Below are positions 1 through 10,436 of a stretch of 64,000 bases of DNA, piece by piece (the first letter of the stretch is position 1; each line of letters opens with the position of its first letter). The notes beneath the pieces were generated by a model, which saw only the letters and a program-made list of their open reading frames with translations, had not been told where the DNA came from and ran no database searches. This stretch comes from a virus: positions 1-64,000 of the IMG/VR virus record IMGVR_UViG_3300031772_002569. One strand, given 5' to 3'. Made by a program: the position numbers and the translations under genes.

Positions 1-228
1 TTCAGTGATGAACAATTAGATTTTGTTTTCTTGGATGCAAATCATGGAACACTAGCTCTGACCGACGATTTAAATGCTTGGTATCCCAAAGTAAAAACAG
101 GAGGATTAATTTGTGGTGATGATTGGGCTTGGGGTTCTGTGGTGGATGCTGTAAATCCTTTTTTTGAAAAATTAAAGAAACGTGTATATGTGGGGTGTTG
201 GCCGCCTCAGTGGTACGTATTCAAATAA
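1..228 (+). CDS. Class I SAM-dependent methyltransferase (Methyltransf_24-like), 5' truncated by window edge
   Basis: Frame open from base 1: ...LDFVFLDANH...WYPKVKTGGLICGDDW, the typical C-terminal half of this family. Confidence 0.75.
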   Translation, partial: FSDEQLDFVFLDANHGTLALTDDLNAWYPKVKTGGLICGDDWAWGSVVDAVNPFFEKLKKRVYVGCWPPQWYVFK

Positions 229-232
229 ATCA

Positions 233-883
233 ATGATAATAACTAATGTATCCAGACTCGGTGATTTTTTGTTAACTCTTCCAGTTGCTTCTTGGATTCA
301 CAAGAATCGAGGAGAAAAGATACATTATGTTTTAAGTGACAATTTCCCAATTTACAAAAAAATAGAACCCCTTCTAAGACTCCAACCATTCGTTGAAAAA
401 GTATCTTATGTAAATGTTGGAACGAATGCTTTCGATCCTTCTCATTGGAATTTCAATCCAAAACAATTTGGTATTGAGGGAGAATATCTTAATATGGGAT
501 TTTGGGAATATCCTGGTAAATACCTTCCACAATTTTACGCAGAACACTATGGATTGGGTGTAGATAATGATTTCGTCTTTACGTTTGGTAATATGGCAGT
601 GAATAAGATTGAACCGTATTCGGTTTGGATTGAAGCATCACCATATCGTGAAGAATATGGAAAACTCAAATCTATTGTTCCTGAAGACTGTATAGAATTA
701 AAGTCCGACTTCGTGAGTGACGCATTGTATGCAAAATACGCGGATAGTGTGTATTCCACGATGGGTGGATTCATGATTATCTTGGATCTGATGAATGTTA
801 ATTGTAAGGTTTATGCTCCAATGAATCTTTTAGAAACAAAATATCTTTACTATCGCAATAATCACGAGTATTTTTGTATATGA
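233..883 (+). CDS. Glycosyltransferase family 9-like (heptosyltransferase-like) protein
   Basis: N-terminal SRLGDFLLTLP motif; ATG at 233 preferred over the track start at 182. Confidence 0.55.
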   Translation: MIITNVSRLGDFLLTLPVASWIHKNRGEKIHYVLSDNFPIYKKIEPLLRLQPFVEKVSYVNVGTNAFDPSHWNFNPKQFGIEGEYLNMGFWEYPGKYLPQFYAEHYGLGVDNDFVFTFGNMAVNKIEPYSVWIEASPYREEYGKLKSIVPEDCIELKSDFVSDALYAKYADSVYSTMGGFMIILDLMNVNCKVYAPMNLLETKYLYYRNNHEYFCI

Positions 884-1674
884 CGATTTTGGTCTGTATT
901 CCCAACTATGGAACCAGCAATAGAGATTACTTGAAAAGAACTCTATCGGAGTATGCTTCGTTTACACACTATCAGTTAGATATTCATCTTCTTTTGACGG
1001 ATGAAATAGACGTTTCTGAATTCACTTCTCTTAAAATAACAAAACATTTCTATCCTAAAGAAATTGGCCATTTTTTGACGCACACCCATAAACAAATATT
1101 CACACAAAATATAGAAAAATTCGATTACTTTCTATACATTGAAGATGATATCCTTTTAAAAGAAGTGTCAATCGACGTATTTATGGAATGTTCAAAGATT
1201 TTACCAGAAAACATGGTTTGTGGATTCTTGAGATACGAATTCAAACCAAATTCTGAATACACTTATTTGATTGATTGCCATCCTGAACACTCTGTTCATC
1301 GAGGCGGAGGCAGACAAATCATCAGGACGAACTACAAAATCAATGATATTGATTACTTGGAACTACACAACGTTCATCAGGGTTGTTCTCTTCTATCACG
1401 TAATCAATTGTTAAAGGTGATAGGCAGCGGTTTTTACTTTCTTGACCACAGACACGGCGGTTATGCAGGAATATTGGAGTCAGCGGCATCGGATATTTAT
1501 TGGAGGGGTACTATTATAAAAGTCACTCCTAGAAATAAAATAAATGAACTTCTCATTCATCACCTTCCAAATAAATACGTAAATATGTTGCCAGATGTAT
1601 ATCGTGAGGATATAGTTCCTGATAATAATAAGCTAAAGGTTATAGAAAATGAATTCAATCGTATTGTATTGTAA
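880..1674 (+). CDS. Putative GT-A fold glycosyltransferase
   Basis: ILVCIPNY start, FDYFLYIEDD (DxD-like); ATGA overlap with the upstream stop. Confidence 0.55.
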   Translation: MTILVCIPNYGTSNRDYLKRTLSEYASFTHYQLDIHLLLTDEIDVSEFTSLKITKHFYPKEIGHFLTHTHKQIFTQNIEKFDYFLYIEDDILLKEVSIDVFMECSKILPENMVCGFLRYEFKPNSEYTYLIDCHPEHSVHRGGGRQIIRTNYKINDIDYLELHNVHQGCSLLSRNQLLKVIGSGFYFLDHRHGGYAGILESAASDIYWRGTIIKVTPRNKINELLIHHLPNKYVNMLPDVYREDIVPDNNKLKVIENEFNRIVL

Positions 1675-2452
1675 ATCCTATCACAATGATGTACATCGTG
1701 TAAAGATACTTCTTCAATCCATAGAAAAACACAATAAAGATAGAATACCTTTCTATATTTCTGTTCCTTCTTGTGATGTTCTTCTTTTTAAACAGGTCTT
1801 GGGAGAAGGAAATTACATTCTTATTACTGACGAGTTTATTCTATCTGATAATCTGGAACAATCTTGGACAAATCAACAGATTGTAAAATCATCATTCTGG
1901 AAAATAAAGGTATGTCACAATTACGTGATGATTGACTCCGACGGTTATTTTATTCGTGATTTCTATATCAAAGATTTCATCCATCATGATAATACTCCTT
2001 ATACGGTGATGCATGAACAAAAGGATTTGTTTCAGTGGACGGCTAGAGTTACACATCTTCTTGGATTTGACCCACAACAAAGTTTTGCGGAATGTCGGCA
2101 ACCCGTCATGGATATCTTTGGAAGAACCGGCCGCCTCTACGATTTTGGTCCGAGTCCTGTTATATGGTCTTGTGATGTTTGGAGAACTTTGGAAGAAGAA
2201 TATACCACACCAAACGAATTGACATTTAAACAACTTATAAACGAAGTTAAGAGTGAGTTTTCTTGGTATGGAGAGTGGTTGTTAGTTCGTAAACCTATTG
2301 AATTATGGCCCATTGAACCCATGTTCAAGGTATTTCATTATCTACCACAATATCAAGAATTCAAACAAATAGGATATACAATAGATAATTGGAGTAAGAA
2401 TTATCTGGGTGTGGTTATGCAATCAAGTTCACAATTACCAATGGTGTATTAA
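1649..2452 (+). CDS. DUF6492-like putative glycosyltransferase
   Basis: WTNQQIVK and YVMIDSDGYFIR motifs; located in the GT operon. Confidence 0.6.
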   Translation: MNSIVLYCKSYHNDVHRVKILLQSIEKHNKDRIPFYISVPSCDVLLFKQVLGEGNYILITDEFILSDNLEQSWTNQQIVKSSFWKIKVCHNYVMIDSDGYFIRDFYIKDFIHHDNTPYTVMHEQKDLFQWTARVTHLLGFDPQQSFAECRQPVMDIFGRTGRLYDFGPSPVIWSCDVWRTLEEEYTTPNELTFKQLINEVKSEFSWYGEWLLVRKPIELWPIEPMFKVFHYLPQYQEFKQIGYTIDNWSKNYLGVVMQSSSQLPMVY

Positions 2453-2453
2453 A

Positions 2454-3356
2454 ATGAATCGAAGTAATCCAGAAATGACATTTTGTATCGGTTGTTGCAA
2501 CAACTTGAATTATCTCAAGTTGGCTGTTCATTCTGTACGAACCTATTCCTATTCCAAAGACTCACCTTTTATTGTATTTGCTGAAAACTGTACAGATGGC
2601 ACATACGAGTGGTTGGAAGAAAACAAGGAAAAATACAATTTAACAGTTATCATAGAGAATAACGACGAAGAACACACTAAGGGTATTGGCGGGGCCATGA
2701 ATCTATTGGCAGAACATGTAACGACTAAATACATCATGTTCCTACATGCCGATTTCTTTGTGTCTAAAGATTGGGATTTGGGTGCTTTGCATATATTCGA
2801 TAAATATCAAAACATTCCAATGTGGGTTAGTTCACAGAGATTTCAACCAAACTTATTCAAGGAACAATCAAGACCCGGAACTTTGGTATTTCCTTATGAA
2901 GAGTTTGGTTACAAACACGATGATTTTAATGAACAGTATTTCATTGACTATGCCAGAGAGTTTTCTATTTTAAATCCGGATATGGAAGTTGAAAAGGGAG
3001 AGGGAGTTTCTGGATTGATTCGTAAAGAGGATTGGGATTTCATCGGAGGTAATGACCCTATCTTTGCTCCGGCGTATTGGGAAGACACCGACTTGTTCAT
3101 TCGTATGCAATTGGCGAACTTTAAGTTCGTCATGACTTCTAATTCGGTGGTGTATCATTTCGGAAGTCGTTCAGACAAGAGTAATTTCCCAACTGACGTA
3201 ATCGTTCGTTCCGAAAAGTCAAAGATGTATGAACAGAGAGGCACAGAAAGATTCTACAAAAAGTGGGGATTTATGCCCACTCATACAAAAAACCAGTTCG
3301 TAACTATTCCACCTATGGTTGATAGAAGTAAGTTACGACATTTAATTAAACTATGA
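2454..3356 (+). CDS. Glycosyltransferase family 2
   Basis: ENCTDGT, FLHAD, IGGNDPIFAPAYWEDTDLFIR, VVYHFGS. Confidence 0.85.
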   Translation: MNRSNPEMTFCIGCCNNLNYLKLAVHSVRTYSYSKDSPFIVFAENCTDGTYEWLEENKEKYNLTVIIENNDEEHTKGIGGAMNLLAEHVTTKYIMFLHADFFVSKDWDLGALHIFDKYQNIPMWVSSQRFQPNLFKEQSRPGTLVFPYEEFGYKHDDFNEQYFIDYAREFSILNPDMEVEKGEGVSGLIRKEDWDFIGGNDPIFAPAYWEDTDLFIRMQLANFKFVMTSNSVVYHFGSRSDKSNFPTDVIVRSEKSKMYEQRGTERFYKKWGFMPTHTKNQFVTIPPMVDRSKLRHLIKL

Positions 3357-3541
3357 AAATCGTAAAAAATCACACAATATATAAATTGGTTAATGTCGGT
3401 CGTGGAGATGAATTTTACGTAAATTTCAAACCCAATAAACAGGAACAAAAAGATCTCTGTATGAAAGAATTTTGTTGGAATGAACATCAATTTGAAGAAG
3501 GTCAATTCATTGTCGAAAAGATAGACATTTACGAAAAATGA
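3353..3541 (+). CDS. Hypothetical protein
   Basis: 62 aa, ATGA-coupled within the operon. Confidence 0.55.
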   Translation: MKIVKNHTIYKLVNVGRGDEFYVNFKPNKQEQKDLCMKEFCWNEHQFEEGQFIVEKIDIYEK

Positions 3542-3542
3542 T

Positions 3543-4277
3543 ATGAAAGTTTTAGCATCCACATTAAATCACAATTTGCCTGAGTTAACAGATAACTTAG
3601 TCGAACAATTAAAACGTTCGAAGTTTGTTGACTATGAACTAATGGTGGTGGATAATGGGTCAAAGGAACCGTTGGCTAAGTCAACTACACACGTTTCTCC
3701 TGAGAATACGTTCTTTGGAGGCGGAGTAAACCTTATATTGGATTATTTTTTAAATGAAACACATCACGACTATCTTTATATATTTAATAATGACCTTATT
3801 TTTCATGGTCACGGGTTTCTTGATCAATCTCTACGCGAAGTGGTGTTGGCTAAGGCGGATGTTTACTCGCCTTCCGTGATTAATATGTCATTGGATCAAT
3901 GTGCATGGAAACAAATGCATTGTTGGGGAACCGGAGGAACTAGAGAAGTAAAGTGGATAGATTTTCAATGTCCATTACTGAGCAGAAGACTTTGTGAACA
4001 TATAAAAAGATATCCTGATGAATTGGTTATGGGGTGGGGATTGGATTTCTTAACTGGAATGATATGTCAAGAATTGGGATACAAGACCATTGTATCCGAT
4101 AGTAATTCAATAGGACATTTGAATTCTCAAACTTTGAAACTGAATAAGATTAACATCGGACTACATGATTTCTGTCAACGTGCAGATGCTGGTATGTTTG
4201 GTTTTTTTAACAACAACGAAAAATACAAGCCTATGTTCTATGAATATAGACATTGGGCACAAAATTATACAATATGA
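3543..4277 (+). CDS. Glycosyltransferase family 2-like
   Basis: VVDNGS, YIFNNDL, GWGLD motifs. Confidence 0.8.
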   Translation: MKVLASTLNHNLPELTDNLVEQLKRSKFVDYELMVVDNGSKEPLAKSTTHVSPENTFFGGGVNLILDYFLNETHHDYLYIFNNDLIFHGHGFLDQSLREVVLAKADVYSPSVINMSLDQCAWKQMHCWGTGGTREVKWIDFQCPLLSRRLCEHIKRYPDELVMGWGLDFLTGMICQELGYKTIVSDSNSIGHLNSQTLKLNKINIGLHDFCQRADAGMFGFFNNNEKYKPMFYEYRHWAQNYTI

Positions 4278-4906
4278 AATTATTAACTGAAATAGCTAAA
4301 AATCACAAGACGGACAAAGGCGAAGAAGGTCACATCTATACTGATGTATATGATGATTATCTATTACCAAGAAGAAATGAAGCAATGAATTTTTTCGAGA
4401 TAGGTATCTTCGATGGAGAATCAATGAGAATGTGGAGGGAATATCTTCCTAATGCAAACATCATTGGTTTGGATATTAATCCTGAATCCAAGAAACACGA
4501 CGGAGAAAGAAACAAGGTTTATATTGGTTCTCAAACCGATGAAATGGTTCTTTGGAAAATATTTAATGAGAATAAACCAATATCAGTTATAATAGACGAT
4601 GGAAGTCATCAATGGAATCATATCATTCAAACATTTGATCTTGCATTTCCTTTATTGGCTCCTGGTGGATTATATTTCATAGAAGATCTTCATACCTCCT
4701 ACGCCGGTGCTCCTTGGGCTGTTGGTTCCGAAACCGCAGTCAACTATCTTAAAAGTTTGGTTGATGACGTAAACATTCGTGGCAAGAGTTTCATGGGATT
4801 GAAGGAATTAGAGGGGAAACCTTTGGCCTACAATGAACACTATATTGAATGGGTTCATTTTTACAAAAGTCTTTGTGTTATTAAGAAGAGACAAAGCCCA
4901 TTATGA
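4274..4906 (+). CDS. Sugar O-methyltransferase (MycE/rhamnosyl O-methyltransferase-like)
   Basis: TDK..H.Y, FEIGI, IIDDGSH, LAPGGLYFIEDLHTSY. Confidence 0.8.
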   Translation: MKLLTEIAKNHKTDKGEEGHIYTDVYDDYLLPRRNEAMNFFEIGIFDGESMRMWREYLPNANIIGLDINPESKKHDGERNKVYIGSQTDEMVLWKIFNENKPISVIIDDGSHQWNHIIQTFDLAFPLLAPGGLYFIEDLHTSYAGAPWAVGSETAVNYLKSLVDDVNIRGKSFMGLKELEGKPLAYNEHYIEWVHFYKSLCVIKKRQSPL

Positions 4907-5709
4907 TAAGTTGTGAATTTCATGGTAGGTTGGGGAATAATATGTTTCAAATTGCTGTTGCTGCATCAATGGCAAAGAAACTTAATACCGACTTTTCTGT
5001 TCCAACATATACGTTAGCGGGACACAGGGGTTCAATGCCTTCCGATCTTTCTGGATTCGAATATCCATATAACTATAAAAGTGATAACGAAACTAAACAT
5101 CATAATAAAATCGGCGAGAAAGACAATCAATATACGGAATTGCCGTTACAAGACGAAATCAAATTATGTGGATTCTTTCAGTCTAGTAAATACTTTAATG
5201 ATGTTAGGGATGATTTAATCAACAAATACTTTAATCCTACAAATTGGGTGGTGAACGTAGCAAAGAAATACAACATAGGATCAAATAGTTTGGGTATTTG
5301 TGTTAGACGTGGAGACTACTTAATGCTTCAACACAATCATTGTGTATTATCTTCCGATTACTATCAAGCTGCCATTACCGATTTGTGTTTAAAACATACC
5401 ATTGATTCCATTTTTGTTTTTTCGGATGATTTAAATTGGTGTAAAGAAGTGTTTGATGATATAAATTCAACATTTGTGAATGAAGAAAAGTTCGTTCAGT
5501 TGTATATGATGACACAAATGAAACATATAATATTGGCAAATTCTACATTTTCTTGGTGGGGAGCATACTTAAATAATAAAGGAGGCGAAGTTTATTTTCC
5601 TGACCCTTGGTATGGAACTAACAATCAAAATATAGATGTTAGTGGATTGATTCTCCCTTCTTGGACTGTTATGAAACACAATATTGTATTTGACCCCACA
5701 CCAGCATGA
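4903..5709 (+). CDS. Glycosyltransferase family 11 (alpha-1,2-fucosyltransferase-like)
   Basis: GRLGNNMFQ, (C)VRRGDY, FSDD..WC, ANSTFSWWGAYL. Confidence 0.9.
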   Translation: MISCEFHGRLGNNMFQIAVAASMAKKLNTDFSVPTYTLAGHRGSMPSDLSGFEYPYNYKSDNETKHHNKIGEKDNQYTELPLQDEIKLCGFFQSSKYFNDVRDDLINKYFNPTNWVVNVAKKYNIGSNSLGICVRRGDYLMLQHNHCVLSSDYYQAAITDLCLKHTIDSIFVFSDDLNWCKEVFDDINSTFVNEEKFVQLYMMTQMKHIILANSTFSWWGAYLNNKGGEVYFPDPWYGTNNQNIDVSGLILPSWTVMKHNIVFDPTPA

Positions 5710-6416
5710 AAATAGCAATCTGTTTATCCGGACAACCAAGAAATTTCAATGTCTCATTCGATTCATTGAAAGAATTCTATTTTCCAAAATATGATTGTGA
5801 CGTATTCATTCATACGTGGAAAGATAAACAATACAATTCCCAATTTTCTGATAAAGTAGTAGAAAACAAATCAAATCTACACGGAGACTATATCAATCTG
5901 TTCAATCCAAAGAAAATAATGATAGAAGACCAGATTCTATTCGACCCACAAGGAGTAAAAGATCCTACGTGGGGATGTAAATTAGATTCGGTCATGTCTA
6001 TGTTTTATTCTATTCAAATATGTAATAGCTTACGACGAAGATATGAAGTTGAGAATAATTTTAAATATGATTTCGTGTTAAGAATTAGAACGGATGTCAG
6101 ATTGATTCGACATATTCCGGTGGAAGAAATTGTATCTAATAATATTGCATTATTCGATTGGACACAGAATGGAACATACAATGAACGAGGATATTCAGAC
6201 GTGTTTGCTATAGGAAATTCGGATGTAATGACGGTTTACTCCGAGGCTTTTAATTCTATACCTCATTATTTGTATGGGGATTCTACGTGGGTGTTTCCTG
6301 ACTCTAAATTAAGAAACGAATATCTTTTAAGAAGACATATAGATGTAAACAAAATACCCGTTCAGAGATTTCTCCATTTAGACCAAACCAATCCCAGTTT
6401 TGGAATAGTAAGATGA
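5706..6416 (+). CDS. Putative glycosyltransferase-related protein
   Basis: KIAICLSGQPR...YDFVLRIRTD...SDVFAIG pattern, which I recognise from glycan-locus proteins. Confidence 0.55.
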   Translation: MKIAICLSGQPRNFNVSFDSLKEFYFPKYDCDVFIHTWKDKQYNSQFSDKVVENKSNLHGDYINLFNPKKIMIEDQILFDPQGVKDPTWGCKLDSVMSMFYSIQICNSLRRRYEVENNFKYDFVLRIRTDVRLIRHIPVEEIVSNNIALFDWTQNGTYNERGYSDVFAIGNSDVMTVYSEAFNSIPHYLYGDSTWVFPDSKLRNEYLLRRHIDVNKIPVQRFLHLDQTNPSFGIVR

Positions 6417-7336
6417 AAACACACATAATCATACATTTATTACCTTTTGAAATAGATAGATTTGAATATCAAATCTTAGAACTCAAAAAGTGTAGTCTAT
6501 TATTGGATGTGGATGATAAAGTAGTTATTGACGCTACACTTAATTTGAATGACCTATTAATTGATTGGAAAAATAGTTCAATACCAAAAGAATTCTTTAT
6601 AGACCGATTCCTTCATTTGAAAAATCTTTGTGATTGGACTCACGAAAATTTCTTTGAAATCGATACCGAAGAAAAGTGTTTGGGTATTAATGCAAAGAGA
6701 CGTAATAGTATTCGTCAACACGCCAATAGTTGTGATACTTTTTTGTATCTTGATTGTGACATGATATTCCCCGTTCATACATTGAAATACATGATAGATG
6801 CTGCCAAGCACATGACGCTTCCTTACTACATTATTTCTCCACAATCTACTCAATTGTGGGATGGTAGTTGGTGTAATTTGGTTAATGAATCTTACGCCCA
6901 TATACCTCATGATAAGATTACGGAAATAAATCCATTTGAAGTTTGTTCTAAACAGTATGGTGATGTAGAAATCGTTCCTGTAAATGATTTCAAATTCGGT
7001 GGGGGTTGGTTCAATCTATTCTCTTCCAAGTTACTTTCTTATACCGATATTCCTGATGAACTGGGTGGATATGGATTGGATGACTTATATGTGATGCAAT
7101 CTTGTCAAGTCATGAAAAATCTAACATTCCCAATTCAACAATACGTTTTAAAAAATCTTGTGGTAACACAAAATTATAGGTATGGTTATCACATGCAGGA
7201 TGTGTATAAAAAATTCATACCATTCATCAATAAAAAAGAAATGTTCATAACCAACGCAAAACAGAATTATGGTTTAATTATGAACAGATTTTTGGAAAAA
7301 TGTAAACATGATATCATTCATTCTACCAACTCGTAA
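6413..7336 (+). CDS. Putative GT-A fold glycosyltransferase
   Basis: FLYLDCD (DxD), KFGGGWF, GYGLDD. Confidence 0.6.
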   Translation: MKTHIIIHLLPFEIDRFEYQILELKKCSLLLDVDDKVVIDATLNLNDLLIDWKNSSIPKEFFIDRFLHLKNLCDWTHENFFEIDTEEKCLGINAKRRNSIRQHANSCDTFLYLDCDMIFPVHTLKYMIDAAKHMTLPYYIISPQSTQLWDGSWCNLVNESYAHIPHDKITEINPFEVCSKQYGDVEIVPVNDFKFGGGWFNLFSSKLLSYTDIPDELGGYGLDDLYVMQSCQVMKNLTFPIQQYVLKNLVVTQNYRYGYHMQDVYKKFIPFINKKEMFITNAKQNYGLIMNRFLEKCKHDIIHSTNS

Positions 7337-8552
7337 TAATTTGCCTTATGTAAAAACGGCAATCTCTAGCATCCGTAGGTTTTACTTGGATGCAGAAATA
7401 GTTCTATTGGATGATAGTTCAACTGATGGAACCGATGAATGGGTTGCTCAAACGTATGACCCCTACCTTACTTATTATAAACATGAAGGTAAACAAATCG
7501 GGCACACCGTTCTTTATGATATCGGAGTAAGAATGTGTAAACACGACATCTTTTCTATATTCCATGCTGATATGGTTTGTGGTCCGAAATATATAGAAAA
7601 TCTTCTGAAACATCTAAAACCTGGTATGGTGGTGAGTGCCACTCGAATCGAGCCCCCTCTTCATCCACCCGGAAAAGAAAAGATAGTGATGGATTTTGGT
7701 TTATACGCAGATGGGTTCAAAACCGAAGAGTTTTTATCGTATTGTTTGAAGGCTCAGGAAGAATTATCTAATAGAGATGTGGTCACGAAAGGCATATTCG
7801 CACCTTGGGCTATGTTTAAAGCGGACTTTATTAAAATGGGCGGACATGACGCGTATTTTTCTCCGTTCCCTTATGAAGATTCTGACATATTCCAACGATT
7901 TATTTTAAATGGTTACGAAATCAAACAAAGCAGAGATGCTTTCGCTTATCACTTTACATGTAGGGGACATCGTTGGACGGAACAAATTCAAAAAGATGAT
8001 TATTTTTATAAACTTTGTTGTGCAAAAAATCAAGCACATTTTATAAGAAAGTGGGGGTCGTGGATTAAAAACGATGAATACTCATATCCTAAAATCTCTC
8101 CTCTTTATGACATAGGTTTTATAGTAAAGAATTGTAGTCATGAAATTTTGGGTTTGATAGAACCTTGGTGTTCGACTATTTATAATGACTGCCCAAATAT
8201 AGAAGGGTTTATACAGCGTGTTCAGCCTGGTACTCCGTTTGATTTGACAAAAAGAATCAAGAATATAGAAGATGAAAAAACGAATCAAATCCTAATTTCC
8301 TTCGATGGACATACGTTAAATCAGACATCATTTCACTTTTTAACACAATTGCCTGACGTATTAAAAGACAGTGGAGAGATAGGTAATATGCAATTTGACA
8401 TTTTTGATTTTGAAATTAAAGGATTAGAAACGTTTGAAAGTAATTTAATTCAAAACGATAATGAGTGGCACACTAAACGATTGGTTACTCCATCAGAATC
8501 GGATAAGTTATGTACGGATGAATTGTTTAAAGTTTTTCAGTGTACCAAGTAA
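7308..8552 (+). CDS. Glycosyltransferase family 2
   Basis: ISFILPTRNN, LDDSSTDGT, FHADM, GGHD..F.P..EDSD. Confidence 0.85.
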   Translation: MISFILPTRNNLPYVKTAISSIRRFYLDAEIVLLDDSSTDGTDEWVAQTYDPYLTYYKHEGKQIGHTVLYDIGVRMCKHDIFSIFHADMVCGPKYIENLLKHLKPGMVVSATRIEPPLHPPGKEKIVMDFGLYADGFKTEEFLSYCLKAQEELSNRDVVTKGIFAPWAMFKADFIKMGGHDAYFSPFPYEDSDIFQRFILNGYEIKQSRDAFAYHFTCRGHRWTEQIQKDDYFYKLCCAKNQAHFIRKWGSWIKNDEYSYPKISPLYDIGFIVKNCSHEILGLIEPWCSTIYNDCPNIEGFIQRVQPGTPFDLTKRIKNIEDEKTNQILISFDGHTLNQTSFHFLTQLPDVLKDSGEIGNMQFDIFDFEIKGLETFESNLIQNDNEWHTKRLVTPSESDKLCTDELFKVFQCTK

Positions 8553-9492
8553 CGGTATCCTTTAAAGCTTTGTCAAACGGAGTATATTCGGTTTTACCAA
8601 AATTACAATCAAAATCGTCTGTATTAATTGCATATCTAAAATCGTGACCTTTTCTATCTTCGACAAATTTGATTGATGTTTCGGGGTCTTTATTACATAA
8701 CAAACAAATTTTCTTTACAAGGTCGATATTTCTTATTTCATTGTTTCCACCGATAAGATATTGGTCGCCCACATATCCTCTCTTAAGAACCTTCCACAAA
8801 CATTTACAATGATCTTCGACGTAAATCCAATCACGTATATTATTTCCTGATCCATATACCGGAACCTGTTCTCCTTCTTTAAGTTTTTTTATTGTCAACG
8901 GAATCAATTTTTCTGTATATTGATTCGGACCAAAGTTATTAGAACAATTAGTTATTACCACAGGAAATTTATGTGTCTTGTGAAATGATCTACATAATAG
9001 ATCAGACGATGCTTTAGATGCAGCATAAGGAGAGTTCGGTTTATAGGGATGATTTTTAGTGAATGTATTATCCTTCAATTCTAAGTCACCAAAAACTTCA
9101 TCGGTAGAAACATGTAGAAATTTTACATCCGTTCTTCCTTTCCATAATTCCAAGAATGTATTAAGCAAAGAGAATGTTCCGTTGATATTGGTGGTGACGA
9201 ACTCGTGACCGGATTCTATTGACCTATCGACGTGGGATTCGGCAGCAAAGTGAACAATTGTATCTATGTTGTATCTTTCGTGAATATTCTTGAGTAACTT
9301 TACATCATTAATGTCGCCTCTATAAAAGTCGTAACGATTAGTCTGTATTATACGATCTGGTATATTTTTGAAATTGGCAGCATAAGTAACCAAATCAAGA
9401 TTGACGATTATTTCAACTTCATCATTATTGGTAATCAGATTTATAAAATTGCTTCCTATGAAACCTAATCCCCCTGTAACTAATATTCTCAT
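8527..9492 (-). CDS. rmlB: dTDP-glucose 4,6-dehydratase
   Basis: GGLGFIG, HFAAESHVDRSI, HVSTDEVFG, YAASK, DRKGHDFRYA. Confidence 0.95.
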   Translation of the reverse strand: MRILVTGGLGFIGSNFINLITNNDEVEIIVNLDLVTYAANFKNIPDRIIQTNRYDFYRGDINDVKLLKNIHERYNIDTIVHFAAESHVDRSIESGHEFVTTNINGTFSLLNTFLELWKGRTDVKFLHVSTDEVFGDLELKDNTFTKNHPYKPNSPYAASKASSDLLCRSFHKTHKFPVVITNCSNNFGPNQYTEKLIPLTIKKLKEGEQVPVYGSGNNIRDWIYVEDHCKCLWKVLKRGYVGDQYLIGGNNEIRNIDLVKKICLLCNKDPETSIKFVEDRKGHDFRYAINTDDFDCNFGKTEYTPFDKALKDTVTWYTEKL

Positions 9493-9534
9493 AAATAATC
9501 TTTCTTCAAATCGTCCTACATACTTATAAACATT

Positions 9535-9879
9535 ATGACATTGTTATTTATTTTATCAAGCCTTATTGCAACAATTTTTCTTATCTGGTTCAATTCCGAT
9601 TTTATTATAGAATACGGAAAGGTATTTGGATTAAGTAAGTTTTTCAAAATTCAAGAGTATAAAGAAAAACAAAGAGAAATTCCTATTCCTCTTGCATATC
9701 CACTATTCTTAAAGATGAAATATGACAATTTTTTTATTAAATTGATAACTTGTCCAATTTGTTTATCGGTATGGTTATCGGCAATTTTGGGTGCATATTT
9801 TCTCTCTTGGTCATTTATTCCAGTGATATGTATTTTGTCTTTGATTATTTACGGTCTTATCCGAAAACTCTTGATGTAA
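9535..9879 (+). CDS. Small membrane protein, DUF1360-like
   Basis: Hydrophobic helices with LITCPICLSVW. Confidence 0.55.
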   Translation: MTLLFILSSLIATIFLIWFNSDFIIEYGKVFGLSKFFKIQEYKEKQREIPIPLAYPLFLKMKYDNFFIKLITCPICLSVWLSAILGAYFLSWSFIPVICILSLIIYGLIRKLLM

Positions 9880-9882
9880 AAT

Positions 9883-10173
9883 ATGGAAATCCACGGCGCT
9901 AGCGCTTTTCTACACTTTTTAAGGAATAGTGGATTGACCAATATAGATGGTCAGGCCACCGCATTAATGGTTTGTATGGATGAATTTGATAGACTCTGTG
10001 CGTGTGATACCATAGAATACAAAGCAGCCAAGATAAACAACTGTAGAGCAATTTACCAAAATTTTATATCTGGAGCCGATAGATTCAAACATGAATTTCT
10101 ATCTAAATCAGGAAACAGTAAGATTACGTTTTATTCGGATGACGGGAAACACCTTAAAACATTTTCACGTTAA
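9883..10173 (+). CDS. Hypothetical protein
   Basis: 96 aa ORF following the membrane gene. Confidence 0.55.
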   Translation: MEIHGASAFLHFLRNSGLTNIDGQATALMVCMDEFDRLCACDTIEYKAAKINNCRAIYQNFISGADRFKHEFLSKSGNSKITFYSDDGKHLKTFSR

Positions 10174-10436
10174 ACTTCTTTGTCTCCATCATCGAAATCT
10201 TCCAAAGTTGGAGTAGTTCCGTCTCTAAATGCAAGTTTACCATTTTTGGTTTGTTCTTTAGCAGCCTCTAACGTACCCAAAACTACTGCGGCTGAATCAA
10301 CAGAAGGAATATATGCCAGAAATGTTAAACAGTCATAATCCACCTTTTCTCCGTTGTGGAACATAATTAACACTTCACAATCATCCATATCTCTTGGATA
10401 ACGTTCTAACGATTTTTTAAGGTATCCTAAGTTCAT
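10170..10436 (-). CDS. Hypothetical protein
   Basis: 88 aa, last gene of the minus-strand operon. Confidence 0.55.
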   Translation of the reverse strand: MNLGYLKKSLERYPRDMDDCEVLIMFHNGEKVDYDCLTFLAYIPSVDSAAVVLGTLEAAKEQTKNGKLAFRDGTTPTLEDFDDGDKEV

